DNA of 64,000 bases from Vulcanimicrobiota bacterium (GTDB lineage Bacteria; Vulcanimicrobiota; Vulcanimicrobiia; Eremiobacterales; Eremiobacteraceae): positions 1,024,001-1,088,000 of the forward strand of contig CAWETU010000001.1 in the NCBI GenBank assembly GCA_963812135.1. The letters are read 5' to 3'. The translations under genes and the position numbers were made by a program. Below the pieces are notes generated by a model. It worked only from the letters and a program-made list of their open reading frames with translations. It did not search any database and was not told where the DNA came from. Shown here piece after piece: positions 28,745-37,974 of the stretch (position 1 is its first letter; every line of letters begins with the position of its first letter).

Positions 28745-30145
28745 GTGGAATTTCGCGAGCCGATCGAGCAGCTGATCCACGATCCGCGCGAGTACACCAA
28801 TGATGTGCATTTCCCACCGGCATCGGAACTGCGCATCTACGATACGTCGCTGCGCGACGGCGAGCAGATGTGCGGCATCGCCTACACACCGGAGACGAAG
28901 TACGAGATCTGCCGGCGGCTCTCCGATATCGGCGTCCACATCATGGACGTCGGGTTTCCGGCGGTCTCTGAAGACGAACGCCGCTCGCTGCAGCTGATCA
29001 TGGAAGGCAAGCGCAAAGGCGAGATCCGCGAAGACCTCGACGTCGTCGTGATGTGCCGCAGCACGAGCAAGGACATCGACGCGACGCTGAGCGCGCTCGC
29101 CGAGATCAACGTCGCGCCGAGCGCGGTGACGTTCTTCGTCTTCACGTCGGGTAGCGATCTGCACATGAAGTACAAGATCGGCAAGGCGCTGCTCGCACGC
29201 GAAGGCAAGTCTGAGTCAGAGTGGCTCGACCTGCCGTTGTCATTTTTCCGGCAAGCCAACATCCGCATGCAGTGCGATGCCATCCGCTACGCGCGCGGCC
29301 ATGGCGTCGAGCGGGTCGAGTTCGGCGGCGAAGACGGCAGCCGCGGCGACGTCGATTATTTCATCGAGCTGTTCAAGGCCGGCCTGGAAGCCGGCGCCAC
29401 GCGGCCGTCGTGGCCGGACACGGTCGGTTGCCTGACGCCCGAGGCCACGCGTTGGCACTCGGAGCGCATCGTCGACGCGATGCCCGATGGCGTCACGCTG
29501 CTCAATCATTTCCACAACGACTACGGGCTGGGAACGATCAACTGCATCACGTCGCTATCGTGCGGATTCAAAGCGTTCACCGTCACGGCGAACGGCTATG
29601 GCGAGCGTGCCGGCAACGTGCCCCTGCACCAAGTCGTCACGGCGCTCAAGGTGCTCTACGGCATCGACATCCCGGGTTTCAAGTACCACAAATTGTGGGA
29701 GCTGGCGCGCTTCATGGAGTCCGTCTCTGGGTACCCGATACAGGCGCACGAGCCGATCATCGGCGCGAACGTGTTCGCGCACGAATCTGGGATCCATACG
29801 CACGCGATGCTGATCGACCGGCGCATGTACGAGGCAGTGCCGGCAGAACTCGTCGGCGGACATATGCATTTCGTGTATGGCAAGCACAGCGGGCTGTCGG
29901 TCGTCGAGGCGGCGCTGAAGAAGAACGCGGCAAAGCTCGCGAAGGCAGGCGTCACGGTGGACGCAGCACTTTCCAAGCGCGTGCTCGAGGAAGTCAAGCG
30001 CGTGCGCGAGGAGCGCGCCTCGACCGGGCGCACGCAGGACATCATCAACCAGTACTACGCAGGCATCAACAGTCTCGGGCTGACCGAGGACGACGTGATC
30101 ACGATCGCCGAAGGACTCGGGCGTCCGCTGGGCGCGAAGGCCTAA
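28745..30145 (+). CDS. DRE-TIM metallolyase, LeuA/homocitrate-synthase-like, without a C-terminal regulatory domain
   Basis: DTSLRDGEQ, PDTVG, HFHNDYGLG, GYGERAGN, HESGIH, GKHSG. Confidence 0.85.
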   Translation: MEFREPIEQLIHDPREYTNDVHFPPASELRIYDTSLRDGEQMCGIAYTPETKYEICRRLSDIGVHIMDVGFPAVSEDERRSLQLIMEGKRKGEIREDLDVVVMCRSTSKDIDATLSALAEINVAPSAVTFFVFTSGSDLHMKYKIGKALLAREGKSESEWLDLPLSFFRQANIRMQCDAIRYARGHGVERVEFGGEDGSRGDVDYFIELFKAGLEAGATRPSWPDTVGCLTPEATRWHSERIVDAMPDGVTLLNHFHNDYGLGTINCITSLSCGFKAFTVTANGYGERAGNVPLHQVVTALKVLYGIDIPGFKYHKLWELARFMESVSGYPIQAHEPIIGANVFAHESGIHTHAMLIDRRMYEAVPAELVGGHMHFVYGKHSGLSVVEAALKKNAAKLAKAGVTVDAALSKRVLEEVKRVREERASTGRTQDIINQYYAGINSLGLTEDDVITIAEGLGRPLGAKA

Positions 30146-30176
30146 CGACTCCCAAGGGCGGGAAAGACAGGACAGA

Positions 30177-31115
30177 ATGAAAGAGACCTCTACAGACAGC
30201 GCACACGTGACATCGGAATGGATTCGGCGGCCGCTTCCGGACCTTGGCGGCATCTCGCCGGTCGACGCGGTCAACGAACCAGAAGCCCGTCGCAAGCTCG
30301 ACGATCTCTTGACCGAGTTGGCCGGCCACCACGTACGGCTCGCAAATCTGGGACTGCCGGCGATCGATCCCGCGGAGATCCGCAAAGCGCTCGGCATCGA
30401 AGCCGCGACGGCAGCGCATGCGCGCGCGCCGGCGCGAGTGGTGCGACCAGGCCCGATCAAGCGCAACCAGCTCCTCGACGAACTCGGCACCGCGCTCACC
30501 GGCGGCGATGTCGACAGCGTGGCGTATTACAACACGAAGTCGCACGCGGTCGAGCACTTCATGCACAACCTGGGCGACCAGGAGAACGCGCGCATCGCGG
30601 AAGCCGACGCGAACGCCGACATGAAGAAGATCGCGCCCGTGACGACGGAAGTCCGCTACGGCATCATGTCCGACTTCATCAGCCTCGTCGAGGACATCAA
30701 CGTCGCTGGGCGCTTGCGCAGCGCGATCTCCGGTAAGGGCGCTTTCCGGCGCTTCCGCGAGGCGGTCGACGAGGATGACACGCTGCGCCGGCGTTGGCTC
30801 GGCTATCGCACCAAGCGGCACTACCACTTGGCGCTGGACTGGCTGCATGCCAACAGCTACAAGCCCGAAGGCATGATCCCGGCCGACTACGACTGGGAAC
30901 CGCAGTCCGAGGCGGCGCAGGCGGCGGCGCGCACGGCGGAGGCGGCGAAAGCCACAAGCTCGCAACCTGCAGCCGCTGCACCGGCACCCGCGGCAGAGAC
31001 GGAACAAGCGGCGCCGGCGGCGGAGGCGGTCAACGACGCGCAACCGGTGCAACAACCGGACGAGTCGAGCGCGACCGATACGCCCGGGGAAGAGGTCACT
31101 GCGTCGACGTCGTGA
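30177..31115 (+). CDS. UPF0158-like protein with an N-terminal Xre/MbcA/ParS-C-like motif and Ala-rich tail
   Basis: W..RPLPDLGGISPVDAV; MSDFI...LRSAISGKGAFRRFRE...W..Y....A.DWL. Confidence 0.6.
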   Translation: MKETSTDSAHVTSEWIRRPLPDLGGISPVDAVNEPEARRKLDDLLTELAGHHVRLANLGLPAIDPAEIRKALGIEAATAAHARAPARVVRPGPIKRNQLLDELGTALTGGDVDSVAYYNTKSHAVEHFMHNLGDQENARIAEADANADMKKIAPVTTEVRYGIMSDFISLVEDINVAGRLRSAISGKGAFRRFREAVDEDDTLRRRWLGYRTKRHYHLALDWLHANSYKPEGMIPADYDWEPQSEAAQAAARTAEAAKATSSQPAAAAPAPAAETEQAAPAAEAVNDAQPVQQPDESSATDTPGEEVTASTS

Positions 31116-31276
31116 CGCAAATAGGCGCGGATCCAAACTGTGGTCCGCGCCTCTATCGGTTCAAAGTGCCGGGTGCGCCTTATCCTTGGGGGACCGCACG
31201 AGCGTCACCCGGCTACTCACAAGACCAGGCTGCCCATGGTTTTGTTACAGCCCCCAGAAAAGAATTTTTTGGGTCC

Positions 31277-32107
31277 CTAATCGACCGCGCCGCCCAGGGT
31301 CATGAGTGCCCGAAAAGCCCGGAAAACCGTGAGAAAATCCTCGTGGGCGTAGCGGATGTGGCGTCCCCCGATCCGCTCGGCGCCGGGCAGCAGGGCAGCC
31401 ATATCGGCCTTGACCGTCGAGGTGAAACGCAGCTCGAGGACCACCGGACTCTCGAAGCGGTAGGGCTGCGCCCCTCGCGCCTTGGCACCTGACAGCGCGC
31501 GTTCGATGCCGGCCCGGATCGCGGCGCGAGCTTCTTTTGGGGAGAGTGACTCCGCGGCATAGCGCCCGATTGCGCGTTTGACTTCCACCGTCTCAGCCCA
31601 CGGCAAGAAACTGCGGGCATCGGCGCACGCCGATTGATCGCCTGACAAGAACACCACCGGCACGCCAAACGTTCCCGCGACGGCCGCATTGATGCGCGCT
31701 TCGCTGCACGGTTGGCCGTTGATGATGACTTCGTAAAGCTCTTCGCTCGTGTACGTATGGTCGAGCACGGCGTCTTGCGTGCCGGCGCCGCCATGATAGC
31801 CGACATACGCCGCAGCCGTAAAGGTCGGGTCGACCCCTTGGTTCATCGACAGTGGTTTTGGACTGCCGCGGATGAGACGCACCTGCGGCGGCAGCTGCTC
31901 GTGGATGATATTGCGCATGTTCCAATGCGAATCGTTGACGAGTATCTCTTGTGCGCCGGCCGCGAACGCGCCCTCGCACGCCGCGTTGACCTCGCCGGTC
32001 ATCAACTCGCATGAACGCGCGTACTCGGGTTGTCCGACTGGGTTGGTCTGTTCGACCGACGTGATGCCCGCGACGCCTTCCATATCCGCGGAGATGTAGA
32101 TCTTCAT
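31277..32107 (-). CDS. dppA: M55 family D-aminopeptidase (DppA-like)
   Basis: MKIYISADMEG, VNDSH, VGYH, LDHT, LSGD. Confidence 0.93.
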   Translation of the reverse strand: MKIYISADMEGVAGITSVEQTNPVGQPEYARSCELMTGEVNAACEGAFAAGAQEILVNDSHWNMRNIIHEQLPPQVRLIRGSPKPLSMNQGVDPTFTAAAYVGYHGGAGTQDAVLDHTYTSEELYEVIINGQPCSEARINAAVAGTFGVPVVFLSGDQSACADARSFLPWAETVEVKRAIGRYAAESLSPKEARAAIRAGIERALSGAKARGAQPYRFESPVVLELRFTSTVKADMAALLPGAERIGGRHIRYAHEDFLTVFRAFRALMTLGGAVD

Positions 32108-32217
32108 GTCCACACCTTCGGATGATGCGCTCGAATTCATTGCGCAGGGTGTGCGACTGCGACCGCGAAGCTGAATGCCTCGTAGTGTCTTTTGCGACGG
32201 TCGCGCGTTCCCGCGCG

Positions 32218-32697
32218 GTGGCCCTGCCTTCGACCGCAGAGCTCCAACTGTTGTTCGCGCAGCTCAACCTCCGATATTTCGATGGCGTCTTGCGCGCGCA
32301 TCGCATCGAGTACAACGCACGGCTGACGACGGTGACCGGGCGCATCAGCTATCGGCCGGCGCTCATCGAATTGTCGTCCCCGCTGCTCGCCGCTCACCCC
32401 GATCATGTGCGCGACACGCTGCTGCACGAGATGGTGCACGCATGGCTTTTCCTCATGCGCCTGCCTTCGGGCCACGGCCGCGATTTCAAGGCGAAGATGC
32501 ACGAGGTCGGGCTCGACAGCATCTACCACAATCTGCCGGTGTCGCGCCGGCGCAGTCACCGACGTTACGTGCTCGAATGCCCGCGCTGTAATCTTGCCTT
32601 GGTGCGCAGACGCCGGCCGGGCGTGCGCGTCTCATGCGCGCGATGCTCGCCGCGCCGGTTCGATTCGCGGGTTGAGATGCGCGTCCGGGAGATGTGA
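32218..32697 (+). CDS. SprT-like zinc metalloprotease
   Basis: TLLHEMVH, GHG..F, C-terminal CxxC...CxxC; start approximate. Confidence 0.85.
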   Translation: MALPSTAELQLLFAQLNLRYFDGVLRAHRIEYNARLTTVTGRISYRPALIELSSPLLAAHPDHVRDTLLHEMVHAWLFLMRLPSGHGRDFKAKMHEVGLDSIYHNLPVSRRRSHRRYVLECPRCNLALVRRRRPGVRVSCARCSPRRFDSRVEMRVREM

Positions 32698-32706
32698 CCA
32701 CGCCCC

Positions 32707-33273
32707 ATGCCGACCTACATCGTAGGCATCACCGGCGCGAGCGGCTCGATTCTGGGCGTGCGCGCCCTTGAGGCGCTCCGCGCGGTGCCCGACGCGAAAG
32801 TCCACCTGATCATGACCCAACAAGCGAAGCGGACGCTCGAGCTTGAGACCGATCTCAAGCCGGCAGAAGTGGAGAAGCTCGCCGATGTGGTGCATGACGA
32901 GAAGAATCTTGCCGCTGCCGTCTCGAGTGGTTCGTTCAGAACGGATGGCATGCTGGTCATCCCGTGCTCGATGAAGAGCGCGGCCGCGATCGCGTATTCG
33001 ATGAACGACAACTTGCTCGTCCGTGCCGCCGACGTGTGCCTCAAGGAGCGCCGCCGGCTGGTGCTCAGCGTGCGCGAGACGCCCCTGCACGTCGGCCATT
33101 TGCGGATCATGATGCGACTGGCCGAGCTCGGCGCCGTCATCGCGCCTCCGATCACCGGCTTCTATCAGAAACCCAAAAGCGTTGACGATATCGTCAACCA
33201 CGCGGTCGGCAAGGCGCTCGACGCGCTCGGGGTGCCGAACGAGCTGTTCAAACGCTGGCGCGGATCGTCATGA
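32707..33273 (+). CDS. ubiX: flavin prenyltransferase
   Basis: GITGASG, SSGSF, PCSMKS, RAADV.LKERR, RETPL. Confidence 0.95.
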   Translation: MPTYIVGITGASGSILGVRALEALRAVPDAKVHLIMTQQAKRTLELETDLKPAEVEKLADVVHDEKNLAAAVSSGSFRTDGMLVIPCSMKSAAAIAYSMNDNLLVRAADVCLKERRRLVLSVRETPLHVGHLRIMMRLAELGAVIAPPITGFYQKPKSVDDIVNHAVGKALDALGVPNELFKRWRGSS

Positions 33274-33545
33274 GCAAGTTCCTGGCTCGGCTGCTCATCA
33301 TCGTGTTGGCGCCGCTTCTTATGGGCGGCGTTTACAATTTGGAAGAAGAGAACGTGCCATACGGGGTGCCAGCTTGTGGGCCTTGGTTTGTGCCATGCTC
33401 CTATACACGAATTCGCGAAATGGGCTACTATATCACCATTCTCATAACTGGCGGCATCCTATTGGTTTACAACGAGCGTAGGGCCGAACCACACCCGTTC
33501 TCGGCATTGGACGACGAGAAGCGAAACGGTGACATCACCCCCTGA
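33270..33545 (+). CDS. small hypothetical membrane protein, lower GC
   Basis: ATGA overlap with ubiX; two hydrophobic segments; atypical codon usage. Confidence 0.5.
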   Translation: MSKFLARLLIIVLAPLLMGGVYNLEEENVPYGVPACGPWFVPCSYTRIREMGYYITILITGGILLVYNERRAEPHPFSALDDEKRNGDITP

Positions 33546-34350
33546 AGATGAGATAAAGCGCGGCCGCCACGATCGCGAGTGAAAGCCAGCGCATGAGCGG
33601 ACCCGGCTGCATGCGCGACGCGAGGTGCGCGCCGAGCTGGGCGCCGCCGACGGCGCCGATCGCCAGGAAGATCGCCGGCAACGGCAAGATGTCGCCGTAA
33701 TACGCGTGACCGGCGGCGCCGAACGCGGCGGTCACCGCGATGACGAGCTGCGATGTCGCCACTGCGATGTGCGTGGGAAAGCCGAACAAGTAGACCATCG
33801 CGGGCACCTGCACGACACCGCCGCCGATACCGAACATGCTTGCCAGAAAACCGGTGAAGGCCGAGACCGCGATTCCGCCCCAGACGTTGAAGCGATATTG
33901 ATGGCGCACACCGAGGGCGTCGACGAAATCGCGCGATATAGCGCCGCTCGGGGGCTCACCGGTGGGTTGATCTGTCCCTTTCGCCGCATCGCGCGCGAAG
34001 AACCCGCGTAACGCGACGCCAACGAGCAATACACCGAACAGCAACGTGAAGATGTGGTGTGGCACGTGCTGGTCGGCGTAGGCGCCAAGCAGTGCGCCAG
34101 GGATGCCCGCCGCGGAGAATATGAGGCCGCTCTTGACGTCGACGCGCTTTTGACGCAAGTAGGAGAGCGTCGATGAAGCCGAGTTCGCGAGCACCACTGC
34201 CAGAGAGGTGCCGGCGGCGACGCGCGGCGGGTCGCCCAGGAACAAGAGCAGCGGCACGATGAGGAAGCCGCCGCCCACGCCCACCATGCTGCCGTACGTG
34301 CCGACCGCAAAACCGAAGACGATGAACCCGATCGCCTCAAACCAGGGCAT
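33535..34350 (-). CDS. sulfite exporter TauE/SafE (TSUP) family protein
   Basis: Duplicated GVGGG/GIGGG motifs, A.GTSL and AVATS, about 8 TMs. Confidence 0.9.
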   Translation of the reverse strand: MPWFEAIGFIVFGFAVGTYGSMVGVGGGFLIVPLLLFLGDPPRVAAGTSLAVVLANSASSTLSYLRQKRVDVKSGLIFSAAGIPGALLGAYADQHVPHHIFTLLFGVLLVGVALRGFFARDAAKGTDQPTGEPPSGAISRDFVDALGVRHQYRFNVWGGIAVSAFTGFLASMFGIGGGVVQVPAMVYLFGFPTHIAVATSQLVIAVTAAFGAAGHAYYGDILPLPAIFLAIGAVGGAQLGAHLASRMQPGPLMRWLSLAIVAAALYLIFRG

Positions 34351-34432
34351 GAAAACCCGTCCGGCGCGCAAAACGCACGAGCGTGACCATCGAGCGCCCC
34401 TTGCAGGCCTGGGGTGACGCGTCCTGCGCGTC

Positions 34433-34798
34433 GTGAGGAAGGCGTGGCATTACGTCTACCTGGCGCGTGCGAGCGACGGCTCGTACTATTGCGGCTACGC
34501 GCTCGACCCAGTCGCGCGCGTGGCCTTGCACAATCTGGGCAAGGGATCGAAGGCGTTGCGCGGGCGCAAACCGGTGGTGCTGGCCTACGTGAAACGCTTT
34601 GCGGACAAGGGCAGCGCGCTGTCGTACGAGATCGCGCTCAAGCGGCGCACGCACTCGCACAAAGCGTCACTGTCGCGACGCTGGCGACCTACGGCAAGCT
34701 CATCAAGCCGTGCGTCCGCGGCAAGTACCAGCGAACGTAACGCATCGCGGCGCCCAAGCGCTCGAGATCGCCGCCGTAGTCGGCGGGGCGCAGGTTGA
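34433..34798 (+). CDS. GIY-YIG nuclease (UPF0213-like)
   Basis: YVYLARASDGSYYCG...R...HN.GKGSK...E..LK; its 3' tail overlaps the convergent gene by 110 nt. Confidence 0.85.
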   Translation: MRKAWHYVYLARASDGSYYCGYALDPVARVALHNLGKGSKALRGRKPVVLAYVKRFADKGSALSYEIALKRRTHSHKASLSRRWRPTASSSSRASAASTSERNASRRPSARDRRRSRRGAG

Positions 34799-35372
34799 TG
34801 GCAAGCGAGAGTGACGGACACGCCGTCGGATCGGCGATGACCTTGATCTCCGGCTCGGGGACATTGAGACGCTCGTGCATAAAGCGCGCGAGCGCCGCGA
34901 CCGCGCGTTTCGGATAATACTGCTCGCTCGGAGATCCGACGAGGACCTCGCGCTGTTCCTTGACCGTTTCGACCGCGATCCCGCTGTGATCGTGTTGGTG
35001 GCCGCGTTCGGCCGGGTCACCCTCAAAATCGCCGTAGAGTTGATACGCGAGAAGGTCGCCGTACGTGAAGACCCATTCGGGATCGGCCGAGCGCCCAGCC
35101 GTACCGAACAGCGCGATGCCGACGCCGTTGTCGAGGACGTACTCGAGTATATGCGACACGGAAAACGGCGTGAACGGACCCGGCTCCGGTAGAGCGAGCG
35201 CGAAGTAGAAGAAGCCGTCTGGCCCCGGCTCGACTTGCGGATCGAAGGCGCGCATGCTCGCGTCCACGACAGCGTCATAAAAGCGTCGACGCCACGCATC
35301 GTTGCGCTGCTCGAGCGGCGTAGCGAAGAGCTCCGCGAGCGCTTGCGTATGGGTTAGATCAAATTGGGGCAA
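34689..35372 (-). CDS. hypothetical protein (weak SseB-like resemblance)
   Basis: 227-aa ORF with host-like codon usage directly after efp; TTG start. Confidence 0.6.
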   Translation of the reverse strand: MPQFDLTHTQALAELFATPLEQRNDAWRRRFYDAVVDASMRAFDPQVEPGPDGFFYFALALPEPGPFTPFSVSHILEYVLDNGVGIALFGTAGRSADPEWVFTYGDLLAYQLYGDFEGDPAERGHQHDHSGIAVETVKEQREVLVGSPSEQYYPKRAVAALARFMHERLNVPEPEIKVIADPTACPSLSLAINLRPADYGGDLERLGAAMRYVRWYLPRTHGLMSLP

Positions 35373-35384
35373 AAGTGGCGAGGG

Positions 35385-35942
35385 CTAAACGCGGGAGACG
35401 TACTTGCGATCGCGCGTGTCGATGCGGATGGTGTCACCGGGATTGATGAAGATCGGCACCTGCACGATCGCGCCGGTCTCAAGCGTTGCGGGCTTTGTGA
35501 GGTTGGTCGCGGTGTCGCCGCGGAAGCCGGGATCCGTCTGCACGACCTTGAGCTCGATGTGGTTGGGCAGCGACGCGCTGATGACTTTGCCGTCGTGGAA
35601 CTGCACCTCGATGGTCATGCCTTCCTTGAGAAGATCGGTGCCGTCGCCGAGCGCCTCGTGCCCGAGGTGGATCTGCTCGTAATTCGTCTGATCCATGAAA
35701 TGATACTCGTCGCCGCTATTATACAGATATTGCATCTCGCGCGTGTCGATGATGGCGCGCTGCAGCATCTCGCCCGCTCGAAACGTCTTCTCCAATGTGT
35801 TTCCGCGAATGAGGCTCTTCAGGCGCGTGCGCACGAAGGCCGAGCCCTTGCCCGGCTTGACGTGCTGGAAGTCGATGACGGTCCAGATCTGGCCGTCGAC
35901 GATCACCGAAACGCCCGTGCGAAAATCGTTGGTCGAGATCAT
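35385..35942 (-). CDS. efp: elongation factor P
   Basis: MISTNDFRTG, HVKPGKGSAFVR, PGFRGDTA, LETG; 185 aa. Confidence 0.97.
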   Translation of the reverse strand: MISTNDFRTGVSVIVDGQIWTVIDFQHVKPGKGSAFVRTRLKSLIRGNTLEKTFRAGEMLQRAIIDTREMQYLYNSGDEYHFMDQTNYEQIHLGHEALGDGTDLLKEGMTIEVQFHDGKVISASLPNHIELKVVQTDPGFRGDTATNLTKPATLETGAIVQVPIFINPGDTIRIDTRDRKYVSRV

Positions 35943-36559
35943 GTGGCTCCTTGAGGTTTCTTCTGTCCGATGCGCGGCTCGGTGCCCGCGCGCAGGCGCG
36001 CGATGTTGGCTTGGTGGCGCCAGAGCACGAGCGCGAGCGACAAGATCGAGTACACGATGTAGGGCCAGGGCGCGTGCAGCAGATACAACGCGATCGGCGC
36101 GGACGCGGTGGCCAGCATCGAGGACAGCGACGCGTACCGGCTGATCAGCGCTGTCGACAAGAACACCACCGCCCACACGAGCGCGGCGTAGAACGACAGC
36201 TCGACCAGTACCCCTAATCCGGTGGCGACGCCTTTTCCGCCTTCGAACTTCAGGAAAATCGACCAATTGTGTCCGACGATTGTCGCAAGACCGACGGTCG
36301 CGATGACGAGCGGGCTGGCGTGCAACACATAGATCGCGATCGCCGTCGGCACGAGGCCTTTGAAGACATCGCCGGCCAATGTCAGGAAGGCGCCCCAAAA
36401 ACCCATCACGCGCAACGCATTCGCGGCGCCGATGTTGCCGCTGCCGACGTCGCGCGGGTCGATACCGAACAGCCCTTTGCCCACAAGCACGCCGAACGGA
36501 ATCGAACCGATCAGATACGCGGCGACGATCAGCGCGATGTCGGGCAACGTCAACGTCAC
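35939..36559 (-). CDS. plsY: glycerol-3-phosphate acyltransferase
   Basis: YLIGSIPFG, GSGNIGAAN, GHNWSIF..GGKGVAT, RHQANI.RL..GTE. Confidence 0.96.
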   Translation of the reverse strand: MTLTLPDIALIVAAYLIGSIPFGVLVGKGLFGIDPRDVGSGNIGAANALRVMGFWGAFLTLAGDVFKGLVPTAIAIYVLHASPLVIATVGLATIVGHNWSIFLKFEGGKGVATGLGVLVELSFYAALVWAVVFLSTALISRYASLSSMLATASAPIALYLLHAPWPYIVYSILSLALVLWRHQANIARLRAGTEPRIGQKKPQGAT

Positions 36560-37938
36560 GGCGCGTCCTCGGCGGCGGTCGCGACGATGATCTCCTCCGA
36601 TTTCTTGCTATCCTGCTTGACGCGTGGGCGGAAGACGAGTCGCATCGGAGTGCCGTTGAAACCGAACGCCGCGCGGAGCGAATTCTCGAGGTGACGCTCG
36701 TACGAGAAGTGCACGAGGTGCGGGTCATTCACGAAGAACACAAACTCCGGCGGCGCGACGCTTGCCTGCGTGACGTAGTGGCACTTGAGCACTTTGCCGC
36801 GGAACCCCGGCGGCGGGTGGACTCGGAACACGTCGCGCACGACCTGGTTCAATTTGGAGGTCGGCACGCGTTTGCGCCGTTCGTCGAACGCGGCGGCGAC
36901 CGTGGCCCAGATCTTGTGGACATTTTTCTTCGTCAACGCCGACGCGTACACGATCGGCGCGTAGGGCGCAAATGCGAATTCGGCGCGCAGCGCTTCTTCG
37001 GTCTCCTTGCGATCGATCGTCGCGGGATCGACGAGGTCCCACTTGTTCACGAGCAAGACCAGCGCTTTGCCCTCTTCGATCGCGAGCCCGGCGATGCGGC
37101 GGTCTTGCGAGGTCACGCCGATCGTCGCGTCGATGACCAGAAGCGCGACATCTGACCGGCCGATCGCGGCCACGGCGCGCAAGCTCGAATAATAATCGAT
37201 CGCCGGTCCGGTCTTGACCGTTTTGCGCACGCCGGCCGTGTCGATGATGACGTACGGCCGTCCGCCCGATTCGATCGCGGTGTCGGTCGCGTCGCGCGTC
37301 GTGCCAGGTTCGGCCGAGACGATGGCGCGCTGTTTGCCGAGCAGCGCGTTGACCAGCGACGACTTGCCGACGTTCGGTTGGCCGACGATCGCCAAGTGGA
37401 TGGTTCCGTCATCTTCGTCGGGCGAAGCGGGGGTCTCGGGCGGCAGTTTCGCGACGATCGCGTCGAGCAGATCGCCGCTTTGCAATCCGTGGATCGCCGA
37501 GACCGCCATCGGCACGTCGAAACCGAGCGTGCAGAATTCGTAGATCGAAGCGGCGGTGGTCGGCGATTCCACCTTGTTGGCGACCAGCAATACCTTGTCG
37601 CGTTTCGGACGCAGCAGTTCGGCGACATCGGTGTCGCCCGGCATCACGCCGGTCTGTGAGTCGACGACGAACACGACGACGTCGGCCTCGCGGATCGCGA
37701 GTTCGGCCTGCGCGCGCGTCTGCGCGGCGATGTCCGCGCTCGCGCCGGTTTCGATGCCGCCCGTATCGACGATCGTAAGCATGCGGCCCGCCCACTCGAC
37801 AGGCGCGTAGAGCCGGTCGCGCGTGACGCCGGGAGTCGGGTCGACGATCGCTTGACGCGTGCCGGCAAGCCGGTTGAACAGCGAGGACTTGCCCACGTTC
37901 GGACGTCCGACCAGAGCGATGAGGGGAGCAGATGACAC
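36556..37938 (-). CDS. der: ribosome biogenesis GTPase Der/EngA
   Basis: Two G domains (GRPNVGKS/DTGG/NKVE and GQPNVGKS/DTAG/NKWD) plus KH-like C-terminus; GTG start 37938. Confidence 0.97.
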   Translation of the reverse strand: MSSAPLIALVGRPNVGKSSLFNRLAGTRQAIVDPTPGVTRDRLYAPVEWAGRMLTIVDTGGIETGASADIAAQTRAQAELAIREADVVVFVVDSQTGVMPGDTDVAELLRPKRDKVLLVANKVESPTTAASIYEFCTLGFDVPMAVSAIHGLQSGDLLDAIVAKLPPETPASPDEDDGTIHLAIVGQPNVGKSSLVNALLGKQRAIVSAEPGTTRDATDTAIESGGRPYVIIDTAGVRKTVKTGPAIDYYSSLRAVAAIGRSDVALLVIDATIGVTSQDRRIAGLAIEEGKALVLLVNKWDLVDPATIDRKETEEALRAEFAFAPYAPIVYASALTKKNVHKIWATVAAAFDERRKRVPTSKLNQVVRDVFRVHPPPGFRGKVLKCHYVTQASVAPPEFVFFVNDPHLVHFSYERHLENSLRAAFGFNGTPMRLVFRPRVKQDSKKSEEIIVATAAEDAP

Positions 37939-37974
37939 GGCATAGGGGCATTCGCCGCGAAAGTCGCATCTCCC

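Noticed and set aside
32146..32169. Possible alternative-sigma promoter motif (A/G)GG-N17/18-CGAA, also at 50636-50660 and 37951-37974(-)
   Set aside because: Too short and degenerate to support by eye in GC-rich DNA; needs genome-wide motif statistics or TSS data
34433..34798. GIY-YIG homing endonuclease or intron
   Set aside because: Short stand-alone UPF0213-type domain with no DNA-binding extension or intron context
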